Positions 1 through 9,668 are shown, counted from the first letter of the stretch. The stretch: 48,776 nucleotides of DNA from an uncultured Clostridia bacterium (GCA_944384425.1 CALWTI010000003.1:1-48776), one strand, 5' to 3'. Numbers and translations are program-made. Notes: generated by a model not told the origin, from the letters alone.

Positions 1-52
1 CGCACGATTTCGTGCTGCCTTTGAAGTAGGGTTTTACCCGTTATATGAAAAA

Positions 53-80
53 CCACCAGCTAGGCTGGTGGATTTTTTTT
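53..80 (+). terminator. Rho-independent terminator, bidirectional-looking
   Basis: ccaccagc-tag-gctggtgg stem followed by T8 and preceded by an A-run; probably ends a gene upstream of the window. Confidence 0.7.
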
Positions 81-99
81 ATATAGAGCAAATAACATA

Positions 100-650
100 T
101 AATGGTACCAATTAAAATAAAAATAAGTAATACAGTACACATTACAACCAAATTTTGAATACAAGAATAATTAAGAGAAAAAAGTATGCTCTCAAAAGCT
201 AAGGTGAAATGGTAATACTCGAAATTACAAAAAACAACAATTTAAAACAAAAATCATTTATAAAGTACAAAAAACAATAAATTATATAAAAATTAAACAA
301 AATCATACAAAAAATAATAAAATAGTATAAAATAAAAGAAAATATAATATTAAAAAATATTTAATACAAATTATATACAATTAAAAACATTTTATAACAA
401 TAATAAACAAATAACAATTTTTTACAACAAAATAAAACAACAATAAAAAAAATACAACAATTTATAAAAAAATATATAAAAAACCAAAAGAATATTATAA
501 TATAAAACAAAATAAATCAAAAGCTATAAAAACCTAACATTTTACAACTTTAATTATCAATACAAAACATTTATCAATAAAATAAAACAAAAACCAAAAA
601 TTTAACACATATTGTTTAGAAACAACAATATAAAACAAAATTCATAAATA
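100..650. other. ORF-free, A-rich, strongly G-depleted low-complexity tract
   Basis: Hand count gives 5 G in 241-600 (360 nt). No ORF of 60 aa or more in any frame. TACAAAAAA(C/T)A recurs at 226, 266 and 306. Confidence 0.8.
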
Positions 651-700
651 TGCGACAATAATTTAAAAGTATAGAGCTTGTCTATGAACACGGCTAAACT

Positions 701-759
701 TGAAGATTGATGTTGCTTTTGTCGTGAAGATTGATGGCTATTTTTGTATTGAAGTTTGG
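701..759. repeat. About 2.5 copies of a degenerate 24-bp tandem repeat
   Basis: tgaagattgatg is exact at 701-712 and 725-736, with a partial third copy ttgaagtttgg at 749-759. Confidence 0.6.
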
Positions 760-963
760 CATAAAAATTTTATAAATTAAGTGGTTTAGATGAAAAAATT
801 TGCTTGCATTATTTTTAATATTATGTTATGTTATAAAAGTCATTCATTGGCAAATTAACACCCAGTGAACATTTTTTTGCGGTTGCCGATGCATTTTTTG
901 CAGGTTGCAAAAGGAGTTTTAAAACGCTGGGGAAGACTAAAAACAAGGAGGATAAAAAATTTT

Positions 964-1866
964 ATGTCAGTTATTTCAATGAAACAACTTCTTGAAGCTG
1001 GTGTTCACTTCGGTCACCAGACAAGAAAGTGGAATCCAAAAATGGCTAAATATATTTTCACAGCCAGAAACGATATCCACATTATAAACCTTGAACAGAC
1101 ATCTGAACTTATTGACAAGGCATACAGTTTTGTTAGAGATGTTGTTGCATCAGGTAAATCAGTGCTTTTTGTAGGCACAAAGAAGCAAGCTCAGGAGGCA
1201 ATTAAAGAAGAAGCTCTTCGTTGCGGAATGTTCTATGTCAACAATCGTTGGCTTGGTGGAACACTTACTAACTTCAAAACCATTAGACAAAGAATTGAAA
1301 GATTAAACAAACTCAATCAGATGGAAAAAGTTGGCGAGTTTGACCTTTTGCCTAAAAAAGAAGTGGCTTTGTTAAAGAAAGAAAGAGAAAAGCTTGAAAC
1401 TAACCTTGGCGGAATTAAAGATATGCATGAAATGCCAGGAGTTATATTCGTAGTTGATTCAACAAAAGAACACATCTGCGTAAAAGAAGCTAAAGCTCTC
1501 AACATTCCACTTGTTGGACTCATCGACACAAACTGTGACCCATCAGACATTGATTATGTCATTCCAGGTAATGACGATGCAATTCGTTCAGTTAAACTTA
1601 TTGCAAGCGCTATTGCAGATGCAGTTATTGAAGCTCGTGAAGGTGTTTCTGTAAACAAAGAACCTCAAGAAGAGGAAGATGTTGATATCAGCGCCGTTCT
1701 TTCAGAAGTTAAACCAACCGAAGTTAAAGAAGACGACGAAGAAAAACCTAAAAAAGCAAAGGCAAAAAAGCCAAGCAAGAAAGTAGAAAAAGAAGCAAAG
1801 AAAGAAGAAGCTGAACAACCAGCAGAAGAAGCAAAGCAAGACGAAAAAGAAGAAAAAGGAGAATAA
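964..1866 (+). CDS. rpsB: 30S ribosomal protein S2 with a long K/E-rich C-terminal tail
   Basis: [28 protein letters not shown]-terminus; aaggagg SD upstream of ATG 964; tsf follows. Confidence 0.95.
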   Translation: MSVISMKQLLEAGVHFGHQTRKWNPKMAKYIFTARNDIHIINLEQTSELIDKAYSFVRDVVASGKSVLFVGTKKQAQEAIKEEALRCGMFYVNNRWLGGTLTNFKTIRQRIERLNKLNQMEKVGEFDLLPKKEVALLKKEREKLETNLGGIKDMHEMPGVIFVVDSTKEHICVKEAKALNIPLVGLIDTNCDPSDIDYVIPGNDDAIRSVKLIASAIADAVIEAREGVSVNKEPQEEEDVDISAVLSEVKPTEVKEDDEEKPKKAKAKKPSKKVEKEAKKEEAEQPAEEAKQDEKEEKGE

Positions 1867-1868
1867 TT

Positions 1869-2516
1869 ATGTTCACAGCACAAGATGTTGTTAAACTTCG
1901 TGCCAGCACTGGTGCAGGTATGATGGATTGCAAAAAAGCTCTTGAAGCAAGTGATGGAGATTTTGACAAGGCTGTCATTTGGCTTAGAGAAAAAGGTATT
2001 GCTGCCGCAGCAAAAAAGGCAGACAGAATAGCTGCAGAAGGTGCAGTTGGCTCATACATTCATATGGGTGGCAAAATTGGTGTTTTGGTTGAAATTAACT
2101 GTGAAACCGATTTTGTTGCTCGTAGTGAGCAGTTTTTAACTCTTTTAAAAGACATTGCAATGCAAATTGCAGCTGCAAGTCCAAAATATGTTCGTATTGA
2201 AGATGTTCCATCAGAAGAAGTTGAAAAAGAAAAAGAAATTCTTATTCAGCAGTCACTCAACGAAGGCAAGCCTGCTAATGTTGTTGAAAAGATGGTTGAA
2301 GGAAGATTGCACAAATTTTATCAAGAAGTTTGCTTGTTGGAGCAAGAGTTCGTTAAAGATACTTCAAAAACAGTTAAAGAAGTGATAAATGAAGCAGTTC
2401 TTGCTATTGGCGAAAAAATAAATGTACGTAGATTTGTTCGCTATGAAATGGGCGAAGGTCTTGAAAAGCGTCATGACAATCTTGCCGAAGAAATTGCAAA
2501 GATGACAAATAAATAA
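1869..2516 (+). CDS. tsf: Elongation factor Ts (short form)
   Basis: [21 protein letters not shown]-like N-terminus; position after rpsB; ggag SD. Confidence 0.95.
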   Translation: MFTAQDVVKLRASTGAGMMDCKKALEASDGDFDKAVIWLREKGIAAAAKKADRIAAEGAVGSYIHMGGKIGVLVEINCETDFVARSEQFLTLLKDIAMQIAAASPKYVRIEDVPSEEVEKEKEILIQQSLNEGKPANVVEKMVEGRLHKFYQEVCLLEQEFVKDTSKTVKEVINEAVLAIGEKINVRRFVRYEMGEGLEKRHDNLAEEIAKMTNK

Positions 2517-2526
2517 TTATAAAAAA

Positions 2527-2549
2527 ATCCACATTATGTGGATTTTTTT
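2527..2549 (+). terminator. Rho-independent terminator after tsf
   Basis: atccaca-tta-tgtggat followed by a T-run. Confidence 0.8.
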
Positions 2550-2637
2550 GTGCAGTAATTCATAATTGCATTTTTTCATTTGATTTTATTAGTAAATTAT
2601 TGTAAAATATTTTTTAGTTTAAATTTAAGGAGTATTT

Positions 2638-3210
2638 ATGCAAGACGAAACAATGGTTAAAGACGTCATGTCAGGTTATGAAGAAGACCTAAAAAAAGCA
2701 CATGAGCATCTTTTGGGCGAATATCAAGTTATTCGTGCAGGTAGAGCTAATCCTCACATTTTGGATAGGGTTATGGTTGATTATTATGGGGCAATGACTC
2801 CACTCAATCAAATGGCAAACATTCAAGTGCAAGAAGCTAGAATTTTGGCGATAAATGTTTGGGACCAATCTCAATTAAAAAATGTTGAAAAGGCAATACA
2901 GCTTGCTGACCTTGGAGTTCAGCCAACAGATGACGGAAAAATTATAAGACTAATTTTCCCAGCACTCACAGAAGAGCGTAGAAGAGAAATTGTTAAACAA
3001 GTAAAAAAACTTTGTGAAGAATCCAAAGTCGCAATGCGTAGTGCAAGGCGTGATTGCCTTGATATGTACAAGCAAATGAAAAAAGACAACATGCTCAGTG
3101 AAGATGAATATAATAATCTTGAAGAACAAGTTCAAAAACTTCAAGATAAGTACATTGATATGTGCGACAAATCAAGTGAAGCAAAAGAAAAAGAGGTTAT
3201 GGAAATTTAA
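2638..3210 (+). CDS. frr: Ribosome recycling factor
   Basis: RAGRANPHILD and FPALTEERRRE motifs; about 185-aa size class; aaggag SD. Confidence 0.93.
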   Translation: MQDETMVKDVMSGYEEDLKKAHEHLLGEYQVIRAGRANPHILDRVMVDYYGAMTPLNQMANIQVQEARILAINVWDQSQLKNVEKAIQLADLGVQPTDDGKIIRLIFPALTEERRREIVKQVKKLCEESKVAMRSARRDCLDMYKQMKKDNMLSEDEYNNLEEQVQKLQDKYIDMCDKSSEAKEKEVMEI

Positions 3211-3413
3211 TGGACTACATTTTAATGCCACTTGACGAAGTTATAAGCATATTGACACAAAAAGGTATTAAATGTCGTGTGGTGTGCAACAATAATGGTA
3301 CGCTTGGTGACACTAAACTTGTGACTAATGTGAAAGTGCAAAATGATAGTGCAACTGTAACTTATGGCGAATTTTTGTTTAATTTAAAGGATAGTAATGT
3401 ACAAAAAGATTGA
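3210..3413 (+). CDS. Small hypothetical protein (67 aa)
   Basis: ATG overlaps the frr stop (TAATG); fills the frr-uppS gap; no recognisable motif. Confidence 0.4.
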   Translation: MDYILMPLDEVISILTQKGIKCRVVCNNNGTLGDTKLVTNVKVQNDSATVTYGEFLFNLKDSNVQKD

Positions 3414-4116
3414 TATGCAAAATTTGCCTGTTCACATAGGCATAATCATGGATGGAAATGGTAGGTGGGCAAAAAAGCGTTTGCTTCCACGACTTGCAGG
3501 GCATAAGGCTGGTGTTGATGCTTTAAAAAGGGTGACTGAGGCTGCACAAAAACTTGGCATAAAAGTTATTTCATATTTCGCTTTTTCAACAGAAAACTGG
3601 AAAAGAAGCAAACAGGAAGTTGATGGCATTTTTGATTTGGTGTTAAAAAATCTTAAAGAAAATTATGATAGATTTATTAATGGCAAGACCAAAATTATGA
3701 CCATGGGCGACATATCAAAACTTCCAAAAGAACTTTATGAACTTTTGCTAGATGTCACAGAAAAGACTAAAAACAATACAGAATTTATCGTCAATATTGC
3801 ATTAAACTATGGTTCAAGAAGCGAACTTGCACGAGCATTTACAAACCTTGCCAAAAAAGGCAAAACCACAATCACTGAGGAAGACATAAAAAGTGAGCTT
3901 TACACGCATGATCTTCCTGACCCAGACCTTATCATTCGCACAAGTGGGGAGATGAGACTGTCTAATTTTATGTTATTTCAAAGTGCTTACAGTGAGTTAT
4001 ATTTTCCAAAAATTCATTGGCCAGACTTTGATGAGAAACAATTAAAAAAAGCAATTATTGAATACCAAAGCCGTGAAAGGCGATTTGGTAATGTTAAACA
4101 GGAGAAAAATCAATGA
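3397..4116 (+). CDS. uppS: Undecaprenyl diphosphate synthase
   Basis: HIGIIMDGNGRWA and IRTSGEMRLSNF motifs. Confidence 0.95.
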   Translation: MYKKIDMQNLPVHIGIIMDGNGRWAKKRLLPRLAGHKAGVDALKRVTEAAQKLGIKVISYFAFSTENWKRSKQEVDGIFDLVLKNLKENYDRFINGKTKIMTMGDISKLPKELYELLLDVTEKTKNNTEFIVNIALNYGSRSELARAFTNLAKKGKTTITEEDIKSELYTHDLPDPDLIIRTSGEMRLSNFMLFQSAYSELYFPKIHWPDFDEKQLKKAIIEYQSRERRFGNVKQEKNQ

Positions 4117-5063
4117 AACAAAGAATTATCACTGGGGCAACACTGGTTGCAGTGTTAATACTTGTCCTTCTTGCAAGGCAACTTTCAACATACATTTTTG
4201 ATGCCTTCATACTTTTGATAGCAATGTATGCTTGCTTTGAGACAAGCCGTCTATTTGCAAAAATGGGAGTTTACAACAATAAATATTTTGCAATAGTGTA
4301 TCCACTCTTTGCATATGGTCTATATATTTTATGTCTGAATCTTGATATGCGCTGGTATATGCTAATACTCTTAGAACTTGCTCTTATTATTGTTTTTGTT
4401 ATGGCACAATGGTTTTTGTCTTTATTTATGTACAAGTCAACAAAAAATGAAATAGCAACAAGAAATCTTAAACTAAGAGTTGAATCTTTTTCTATATACA
4501 AAGCTATTCAAACAATGTATATTTACTTATATCCAGCTCTTTTGATGCTTTTCTTTGTGCTTATAAACGACATTTCAATAATGTCAAACTACTTTACGGC
4601 TTTAAACAACAACGCACTATTTTTAATTAGCACTTTTGGTCTTATTTTGGCTTTTTCTATACCTGTGTTTACAGACACATTCGCTTATCTTACAGGTTCG
4701 TTGTTTAGAGGTAAAAAACTATGTCCAAAAATCAGTCCAAACAAGACAATTTCAGGGGCTATCGGTGGTGCGCTTTGGGGTGCAATTTCGGCAGTTGTTT
4801 TGTACCTTATATTCAATGCTTTTGATATGTACAATGAGGTTTTTGTACAGATAGGATTCCAGTTTTGGCATTTTATCATTGTCGGACTTGTTGTATCTGT
4901 TGTGTGCGAACTAGGTGACTTGTTTGAAAGTTATTTAAAGAGAAAAGCAAATGTCAAAGATTCTGGCGACATTTTGCCTGGACATGGGGGAATTTTGGAT
5001 AGGATGGACAGTCATATTGTCTGTGCTCCGCTTATATTTATATTTTTAGTGATATTGTTATAA
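4113..5063 (+). CDS. cdsA: Phosphatidate cytidylyltransferase
   Basis: Polytopic membrane protein; C-terminal SYLKRKANVKDSGDILPGHGGILDRMDS signature; follows uppS. Confidence 0.92.
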   Translation: MKQRIITGATLVAVLILVLLARQLSTYIFDAFILLIAMYACFETSRLFAKMGVYNNKYFAIVYPLFAYGLYILCLNLDMRWYMLILLELALIIVFVMAQWFLSLFMYKSTKNEIATRNLKLRVESFSIYKAIQTMYIYLYPALLMLFFVLINDISIMSNYFTALNNNALFLISTFGLILAFSIPVFTDTFAYLTGSLFRGKKLCPKISPNKTISGAIGGALWGAISAVVLYLIFNAFDMYNEVFVQIGFQFWHFIIVGLVVSVVCELGDLFESYLKRKANVKDSGDILPGHGGILDRMDSHIVCAPLIFIFLVILL

Positions 5064-5072
5064 GGAGTAAAA

Positions 5073-6359
5073 ATGGCTATTTTAACCACGATAGGTTATG
5101 TTATACTTGCGATATGTGTACTACTTGTTATGGTGCTCATACATGAATTTGGTCACTACTGCATTGGTAGATGGCTTGGCTTTAAGATAACTGAATTTTC
5201 TATTGGTTTTGGTAAAGCGATATTTAGTAAGGTGAATAAGCGTGGAGAAAAAATTTCTTTGCGTATTTTTCCACTTGGTGGATATTGTGCTTTTGCTGGT
5301 GAAGGTGATGATGATGAACCGGAAAACGACAAAAAGCCAAACGATAAAGAAGAGAAAAATAATGAGGCTGTTGAGTTGACAGAAAGCGAAAAAAATGACA
5401 ACAAAACAGACAATATCACAAAAGAAGAAAAAATAGACGACAAAAAAGAAAAAAATACAACAAAAAATGAACAAACAACTGAGATAATTCAGCAAATAAA
5501 CGACATAACTGACGGCAAAGAAGAACAAAGCAAAAAAGTTGACCATAGCGGTGATTTTATAAATCAAAAGCCATGGAAAAGATTGCTTGTCTATATGGCA
5601 GGCGTAACTTTCAATTTTTTAAGTGCAATCATATTTTCTTTTATTTTACTAATTTCTTATGGTTATGACATTCCAAGAGTTGCATCTTTGGATACAAACT
5701 ATGCAAATCTCTACGGCGAACTTCAAGAAGGTGACATTATTTGGGGAGTGAATGGAACAAGAATAAGTTTCGCATTTTCTGGCACTTTATCGCAACTTTT
5801 AACTAAGGCTGGTCCCGACACTGATATCACGCTTGACATTGAAAGAAATAATGAAAGAATGGAAGTTATAATTAGACTTTCTGAAGAGACAGTGACTAAC
5901 GAACAAGGTGAAGAAGAAAAAAGGCTTGTTACTGGTTTCTCAACAGAAGCATATGTTCACAACTTTTGGGAGGCACTTGGCAGAAGTTTTGAACTTGCAT
6001 TTGGCTTTGCTTGGGTCGTGCTTAAAGGTTTTTGGCAAATCATTACAGGGCAAATTGCATTCTCAGAGCTTGGTGGCTCAATCTCAACTATTGGTATGAT
6101 GTCAGAGATTATGCAGACAAGTTTTGCAAACTTTTTAATTCTTTTGCCACTACTTGCTTCAAATCTTGCAGTATTCAACTTTTTGCCAATTCCTGCACTT
6201 GATGGTGGGCATGCCGTATTTACTTTACTTGAATGGATATGTGGCAGGCCTGTTGTCAGTCGAAAAGTCGAAAACTATATCCACTTTTACGGTCTGATTG
6301 TCTTGCTCTTGTTTGTTGTGGTGGTGGACATTGTTCACATTGCGGTAGTGGGGCTTTGA
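5073..6359 (+). CDS. rseP: RIP zinc metalloprotease (RseP/RasP family) with a long charged insertion
   Basis: HEFGHY and NFLPIPALDGGH motifs; central PDZ-like region; aaggag SD. Confidence 0.9.
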   Translation: MAILTTIGYVILAICVLLVMVLIHEFGHYCIGRWLGFKITEFSIGFGKAIFSKVNKRGEKISLRIFPLGGYCAFAGEGDDDEPENDKKPNDKEEKNNEAVELTESEKNDNKTDNITKEEKIDDKKEKNTTKNEQTTEIIQQINDITDGKEEQSKKVDHSGDFINQKPWKRLLVYMAGVTFNFLSAIIFSFILLISYGYDIPRVASLDTNYANLYGELQEGDIIWGVNGTRISFAFSGTLSQLLTKAGPDTDITLDIERNNERMEVIIRLSEETVTNEQGEEEKRLVTGFSTEAYVHNFWEALGRSFELAFGFAWVVLKGFWQIITGQIAFSELGGSISTIGMMSEIMQTSFANFLILLPLLASNLAVFNFLPIPALDGGHAVFTLLEWICGRPVVSRKVENYIHFYGLIVLLLFVVVVDIVHIAVVGL

Positions 6360-7936
6360 TGGAAATACTTGATAGGATAAACACCGAATTTGGTGGCAAA
6401 TATAATTTTCTTAGGGTGCAAAGTGTAACTTATAGCACCCGTTCTTTTTCTGCTCAAATAGTGTTTTTGTATCCTGAAAATATAACGAATTTTGAAGATG
6501 AACAAAAACTCGAAATTTCTGATTTCGTAAAGAAAGAACTTGCACTTGGTTGTGAAGTAAAAATAAAGTTTAAGCGCAGTTATCTTGATGAACCACTAAT
6601 AAAGAAAAATCTTTTTGAGTTTTTAAAAAGTTCTTATCCGTCAATGTTTGTATATGATGACGATGATATGATAACAATATCGAAAAATGCTGATAACATT
6701 GAAGTAAAGCTATCGCTTATGGATGTTGTGTATCAATATTTTACTGACAATAAGGTGAGCGAGAAAATATTGAATCATTTAAACAATGATTTCATTGCAA
6801 ACTTCAATGTGGTTTTGACTAAAAATAATAAAAATATTGATGACAAGATATTAGAAGAACACGAAAAACATGTTTATGACAATTTGCCAAAACAAAAAGA
6901 AGTTGAGCGTTATCCTGTTTTTGAACCTGAGCTTTTGGTTGGGCAAGATATCACTCCAATGCCTGAGCCAATTATAAACCAAGAAGATGCAAAAAGTTCT
7001 GTAATTTTGGCAGGCAAGATTTCTAATTTTGCAGATAAGACATACGTTTCAAAAAAGAACAAATTAAAAGGAATAGATGAGCCTAGTCACTACTTTACGT
7101 TTACGCTTACAGACTATTCTGGGAGTATTGATGCAATATATTTTGCACATAAGATCACTTACAAAAAGGTGAATGTGCTAAAAGATGATGACAGAGTACT
7201 TGTTGTCGGCGATATAAGAAAAGATTATGACAAAAAAAAGTTGTACATAAAAAGCATTTCGTTTTGTGTGATAGATGGTTCTGTTACTGCAAAAAAAGAA
7301 GAAAAAGTTGAAGAAGATAAACAGCCTATTGTCAAAAATGTTCATATTGCAGAATATAGGTTTGTAAAACCTGCGCCATATATTCTTGATAGGCAAGAAA
7401 ATTTGTTTGATGTCAAACCAAATTACAGTGATTATGTAAAAACACATACATTTGTGGTATTTGACTGTGAGACAACAGGGCTTAGCTGTGACTATAATGA
7501 AATAATTGAAATTGGTGCTGTCAAGATTGAAAACGGGCTTATAAAAGAGCAATTTCAGACTTTTGTTTGTCCTGAAAACGAAATACCAGACGAAATCACT
7601 CAGCTGACGACAATAACCAATGAAATGGTAAAAGATGCACCAAATGGTGAGCAGGCAATAACCGATTTTTATAAGTTTTGTGAAGGGTGTGTGCTTGTTG
7701 GGTATAATGTTTCTTTTGACCTTGGCTTTATTCAAAATACTGCAAAAAGGGCAAAATTATATTTCTCCAATGAAAGTGTAGATGCTATGGAAATAGTTAG
7801 AAAAAAAATGTATTTGTCGCGCTATAAACTAATAAATGTTGTGGACGCTCTTGGCTTAAAACTAAAAAATGCTCATAGAGCTATTGCAGATGCTATTGCA
7901 ACTGCCGAAGTGTTTTTGAAATTAAACGAGGTATAA
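6359..7936 (+). CDS. PolC-derived protein: PolC-like N-terminal domain, OB fold and DEDDh 3'-5' exonuclease, with no PHP or polymerase core
   Basis: OB segment FTFTLTDYSGSIDAIYF. Exo I FVVFDCETTGL, Exo II GYNVSFDLGFI, Exo III HRAIADAIATAEVF. ATG 6359 overlaps the rseP stop (TGATG). Occupies the polC slot before rimP. Confidence 0.8.
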   Translation: MEILDRINTEFGGKYNFLRVQSVTYSTRSFSAQIVFLYPENITNFEDEQKLEISDFVKKELALGCEVKIKFKRSYLDEPLIKKNLFEFLKSSYPSMFVYDDDDMITISKNADNIEVKLSLMDVVYQYFTDNKVSEKILNHLNNDFIANFNVVLTKNNKNIDDKILEEHEKHVYDNLPKQKEVERYPVFEPELLVGQDITPMPEPIINQEDAKSSVILAGKISNFADKTYVSKKNKLKGIDEPSHYFTFTLTDYSGSIDAIYFAHKITYKKVNVLKDDDRVLVVGDIRKDYDKKKLYIKSISFCVIDGSVTAKKEEKVEEDKQPIVKNVHIAEYRFVKPAPYILDRQENLFDVKPNYSDYVKTHTFVVFDCETTGLSCDYNEIIEIGAVKIENGLIKEQFQTFVCPENEIPDEITQLTTITNEMVKDAPNGEQAITDFYKFCEGCVLVGYNVSFDLGFIQNTAKRAKLYFSNESVDAMEIVRKKMYLSRYKLINVVDALGLKLKNAHRAIADAIATAEVFLKLNEV

Positions 7937-8006
7937 TAAAAAATAGAAAAATTATAAAAAATAATTGATTTAAATATATTAGTGTGATACACTATATATG
8001 CTAGAC

Positions 8007-8036
8007 TAAGAGTGGGCAAGAACTTGCCCACTCTTA
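8007..8036 (+). promoter_or_regulatory. Perfect 13-14-bp hairpin in the rimP-nusA leader
   Basis: taagagtgggcaag-aa-cttgcccactctta; no clean T-run follows; lies downstream of a candidate TTGATT-17-TACACT promoter. Confidence 0.5.
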
Positions 8037-8055
8037 CTTGTAGTAAGGAGTTATT

Positions 8056-8517
8056 ATGGCAAGTAAGGTCGTCACCATATGCAACGAGAAAATAAGTCCA
8101 ATAATTGAAGCACTTGGCTATGAAGTTGTTGAGGTTGAATATCAAAAAAAAGTTGATGGTATGAATTTGACTTTTTTCATTGATAGTAAAAACGGAATAA
8201 CCGTTGAAGACTGTGAAAAAGTTAGTGATGCAATTTCTGACGCTTTGGACGAGTTGGATCCAACGCAAGGTGAAACATATTTACTAAATGTCAGTTCACC
8301 AGGGCTTGACAGACCAATAAAAAACCATAAAGACTTTTTGAGAAATGAAGGCAAAATGGTTGAGGTGACTTTATACAAACAAATTGATGGCAAAAAGAAG
8401 TTTGTAGGAGTTTTGAAAGACTATACGGATAGTGATGTCACAATTTACATTGACGATAAACCATTTGTTTTTAAACATAGCGACGTTGCACAAATTAGTC
8501 CAGTTATTGAATTTTAA
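8056..8517 (+). CDS. rimP: Ribosome maturation factor RimP
   Basis: LLNVSSPGLDRPI motif; directly upstream of nusA. Confidence 0.9.
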   Translation: MASKVVTICNEKISPIIEALGYEVVEVEYQKKVDGMNLTFFIDSKNGITVEDCEKVSDAISDALDELDPTQGETYLLNVSSPGLDRPIKNHKDFLRNEGKMVEVTLYKQIDGKKKFVGVLKDYTDSDVTIYIDDKPFVFKHSDVAQISPVIEF

Positions 8518-8527
8518 GGAGAACGAA

Positions 8528-9658
8528 ATGATAAACAAAGATTTTTTTCAAGCATTAGAAGAACTTGAAACAACAAAGAAGATCAATGCCGACCAACTCA
8601 TTGAGGCACTTGAATCAGCTTTAACATCAGCTTATAAAAAGATGTATGGTGAGGCAAAAAGTGCTGAGGTGAAACTTAACCCAGAAAAAAACACTATTAA
8701 AATATATAGTTACAAAACTGTGGTAAGTGAAGTTGAAAATCCTGATAAAGAGATATCTCTTGAAGATGCCAAAAAAATTAAATCAAGTTATGAAATCGGA
8801 GATACCATTGCTCAAGAAGAAAACACAAAAGATTTTGGTCGAATTGCAGCACAAACGGCAAAACAAGTCGTTATGCAGAAGTTAAAAGAGATTGAGAAAC
8901 AAATTACACTTGGCGAGCTTAGCGAAAAAGAAGATGAGCTTTTGACTTGTGTTGTTAAAAGAATTGACCAAGGTGTTGTTTATGTTCAAATCGCAGGTTC
9001 ACACACCGAAGGTGTAATGCTTGAACAAGATCAAATACCTGGCGAAACTTTCCATGTCAATGACAGAATAAAAGTTTATGTAAAAAAGATTAAGGACAGT
9101 TTCAAAGGTGTTCAAATTCAAGTTTCAAGAAGTAACATTGGATTTTTGAGAAAACTTTTTGAAATTGAAGTGCCTGAAATTGAAAGTGGGGAAGTTGTAA
9201 TTAAAAACATTGCAAGAGACCCAGGCAATAGAAGCAAAGTTGCAATTATGGCAACAAAGCCACATATAGACGCTCTTGGTGCGTGCGTTGGTAATCGTGG
9301 TGTTAGAATAAATACTATAATGAGCGAAATCAATGGCGAAAAAATTGATTTAGTACCATATTCAGATGACCCAATGGAGTATATAGCAAACGCACTTAGT
9401 CCTGCAAAAGTCATAAGCGTTGAAATCAACGAGAGTTTGAAATCATCAAGAGTTATTGTCCCTGACGACAAATTGTCACTTGCTATTGGTAAAGGTGGTC
9501 AAAATGTTAGACTTGCCGCAAGACTTACGGGCTGGAAGATAGATGTCAAACCAGAAAGCTCAGTAAAAGGTGACCAAGATGTTAAAGAAGTTGAATATGA
9601 ACTAACTGACCTTGGTGATGATGACAGTTTTGCAACACTGGAAGACATTGATGAATAA
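8528..9658 (+). CDS. nusA: Transcription termination/antitermination factor NusA
   Basis: S1 and two KH regions (GACVGNRGVRI, AIGKGGQNVRLA); ggag SD before ATG 8528; the track extension to 8432 overlaps rimP. Confidence 0.93.
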   Translation: MINKDFFQALEELETTKKINADQLIEALESALTSAYKKMYGEAKSAEVKLNPEKNTIKIYSYKTVVSEVENPDKEISLEDAKKIKSSYEIGDTIAQEENTKDFGRIAAQTAKQVVMQKLKEIEKQITLGELSEKEDELLTCVVKRIDQGVVYVQIAGSHTEGVMLEQDQIPGETFHVNDRIKVYVKKIKDSFKGVQIQVSRSNIGFLRKLFEIEVPEIESGEVVIKNIARDPGNRSKVAIMATKPHIDALGACVGNRGVRINTIMSEINGEKIDLVPYSDDPMEYIANALSPAKVISVEINESLKSSRVIVPDDKLSLAIGKGGQNVRLAARLTGWKIDVKPESSVKGDQDVKEVEYELTDLGDDDSFATLEDIDE

Positions 9659-9668
9659 TTGGTGAATA

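Noticed and set aside
540-580. TTATCAATA words as DnaA boxes, implying oriC in the A-rich tract
   Set aside because: Each has two mismatches to TTATCCACA in a very AT-rich background. There is no dnaA/dnaN context and no box cluster.
790-858. 22-aa mini-ORF (MKKFACIIFNIMLCYKSHSLAN) in the rpsB upstream region
   Set aside because: Weak SD, overlaps the probable rpsB promoter, and nothing supports it as a leader peptide.
865-963. N-terminal 33-aa extension of the rpsB ORF in the track
   Set aside because: The canonical S2 N-terminus ([19 protein letters not shown]) starts at ATG 964 with a strong aaggagg SD. The extension has no SD and covers the leader.
1317-2059. Antisense ORFs opposite rpsB/tsf, and similar shadow ORFs elsewhere (5121-5567, 7178-7735, 7873-8268, 9118-9471, 11097-11450, 18885-19238, 19617-19958, 27564-28265, 30577-31007, 32391-33294, 46008-46665)
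   Set aside because: These are mirror-frame ORFs of strongly supported genes. They have low-complexity S/L/F-rich translations and no SDs.
6233-6358. Upstream extension of the PolC-like ORF
   Set aside because: It lies entirely inside rseP in another frame. ATG 6359 gives the typical TGATG coupling.
8432-8527. Upstream extension of nusA
   Set aside because: It overlaps the rimP 3' end. ATG 8528 has a ggag SD and gives a normal NusA N-terminus.
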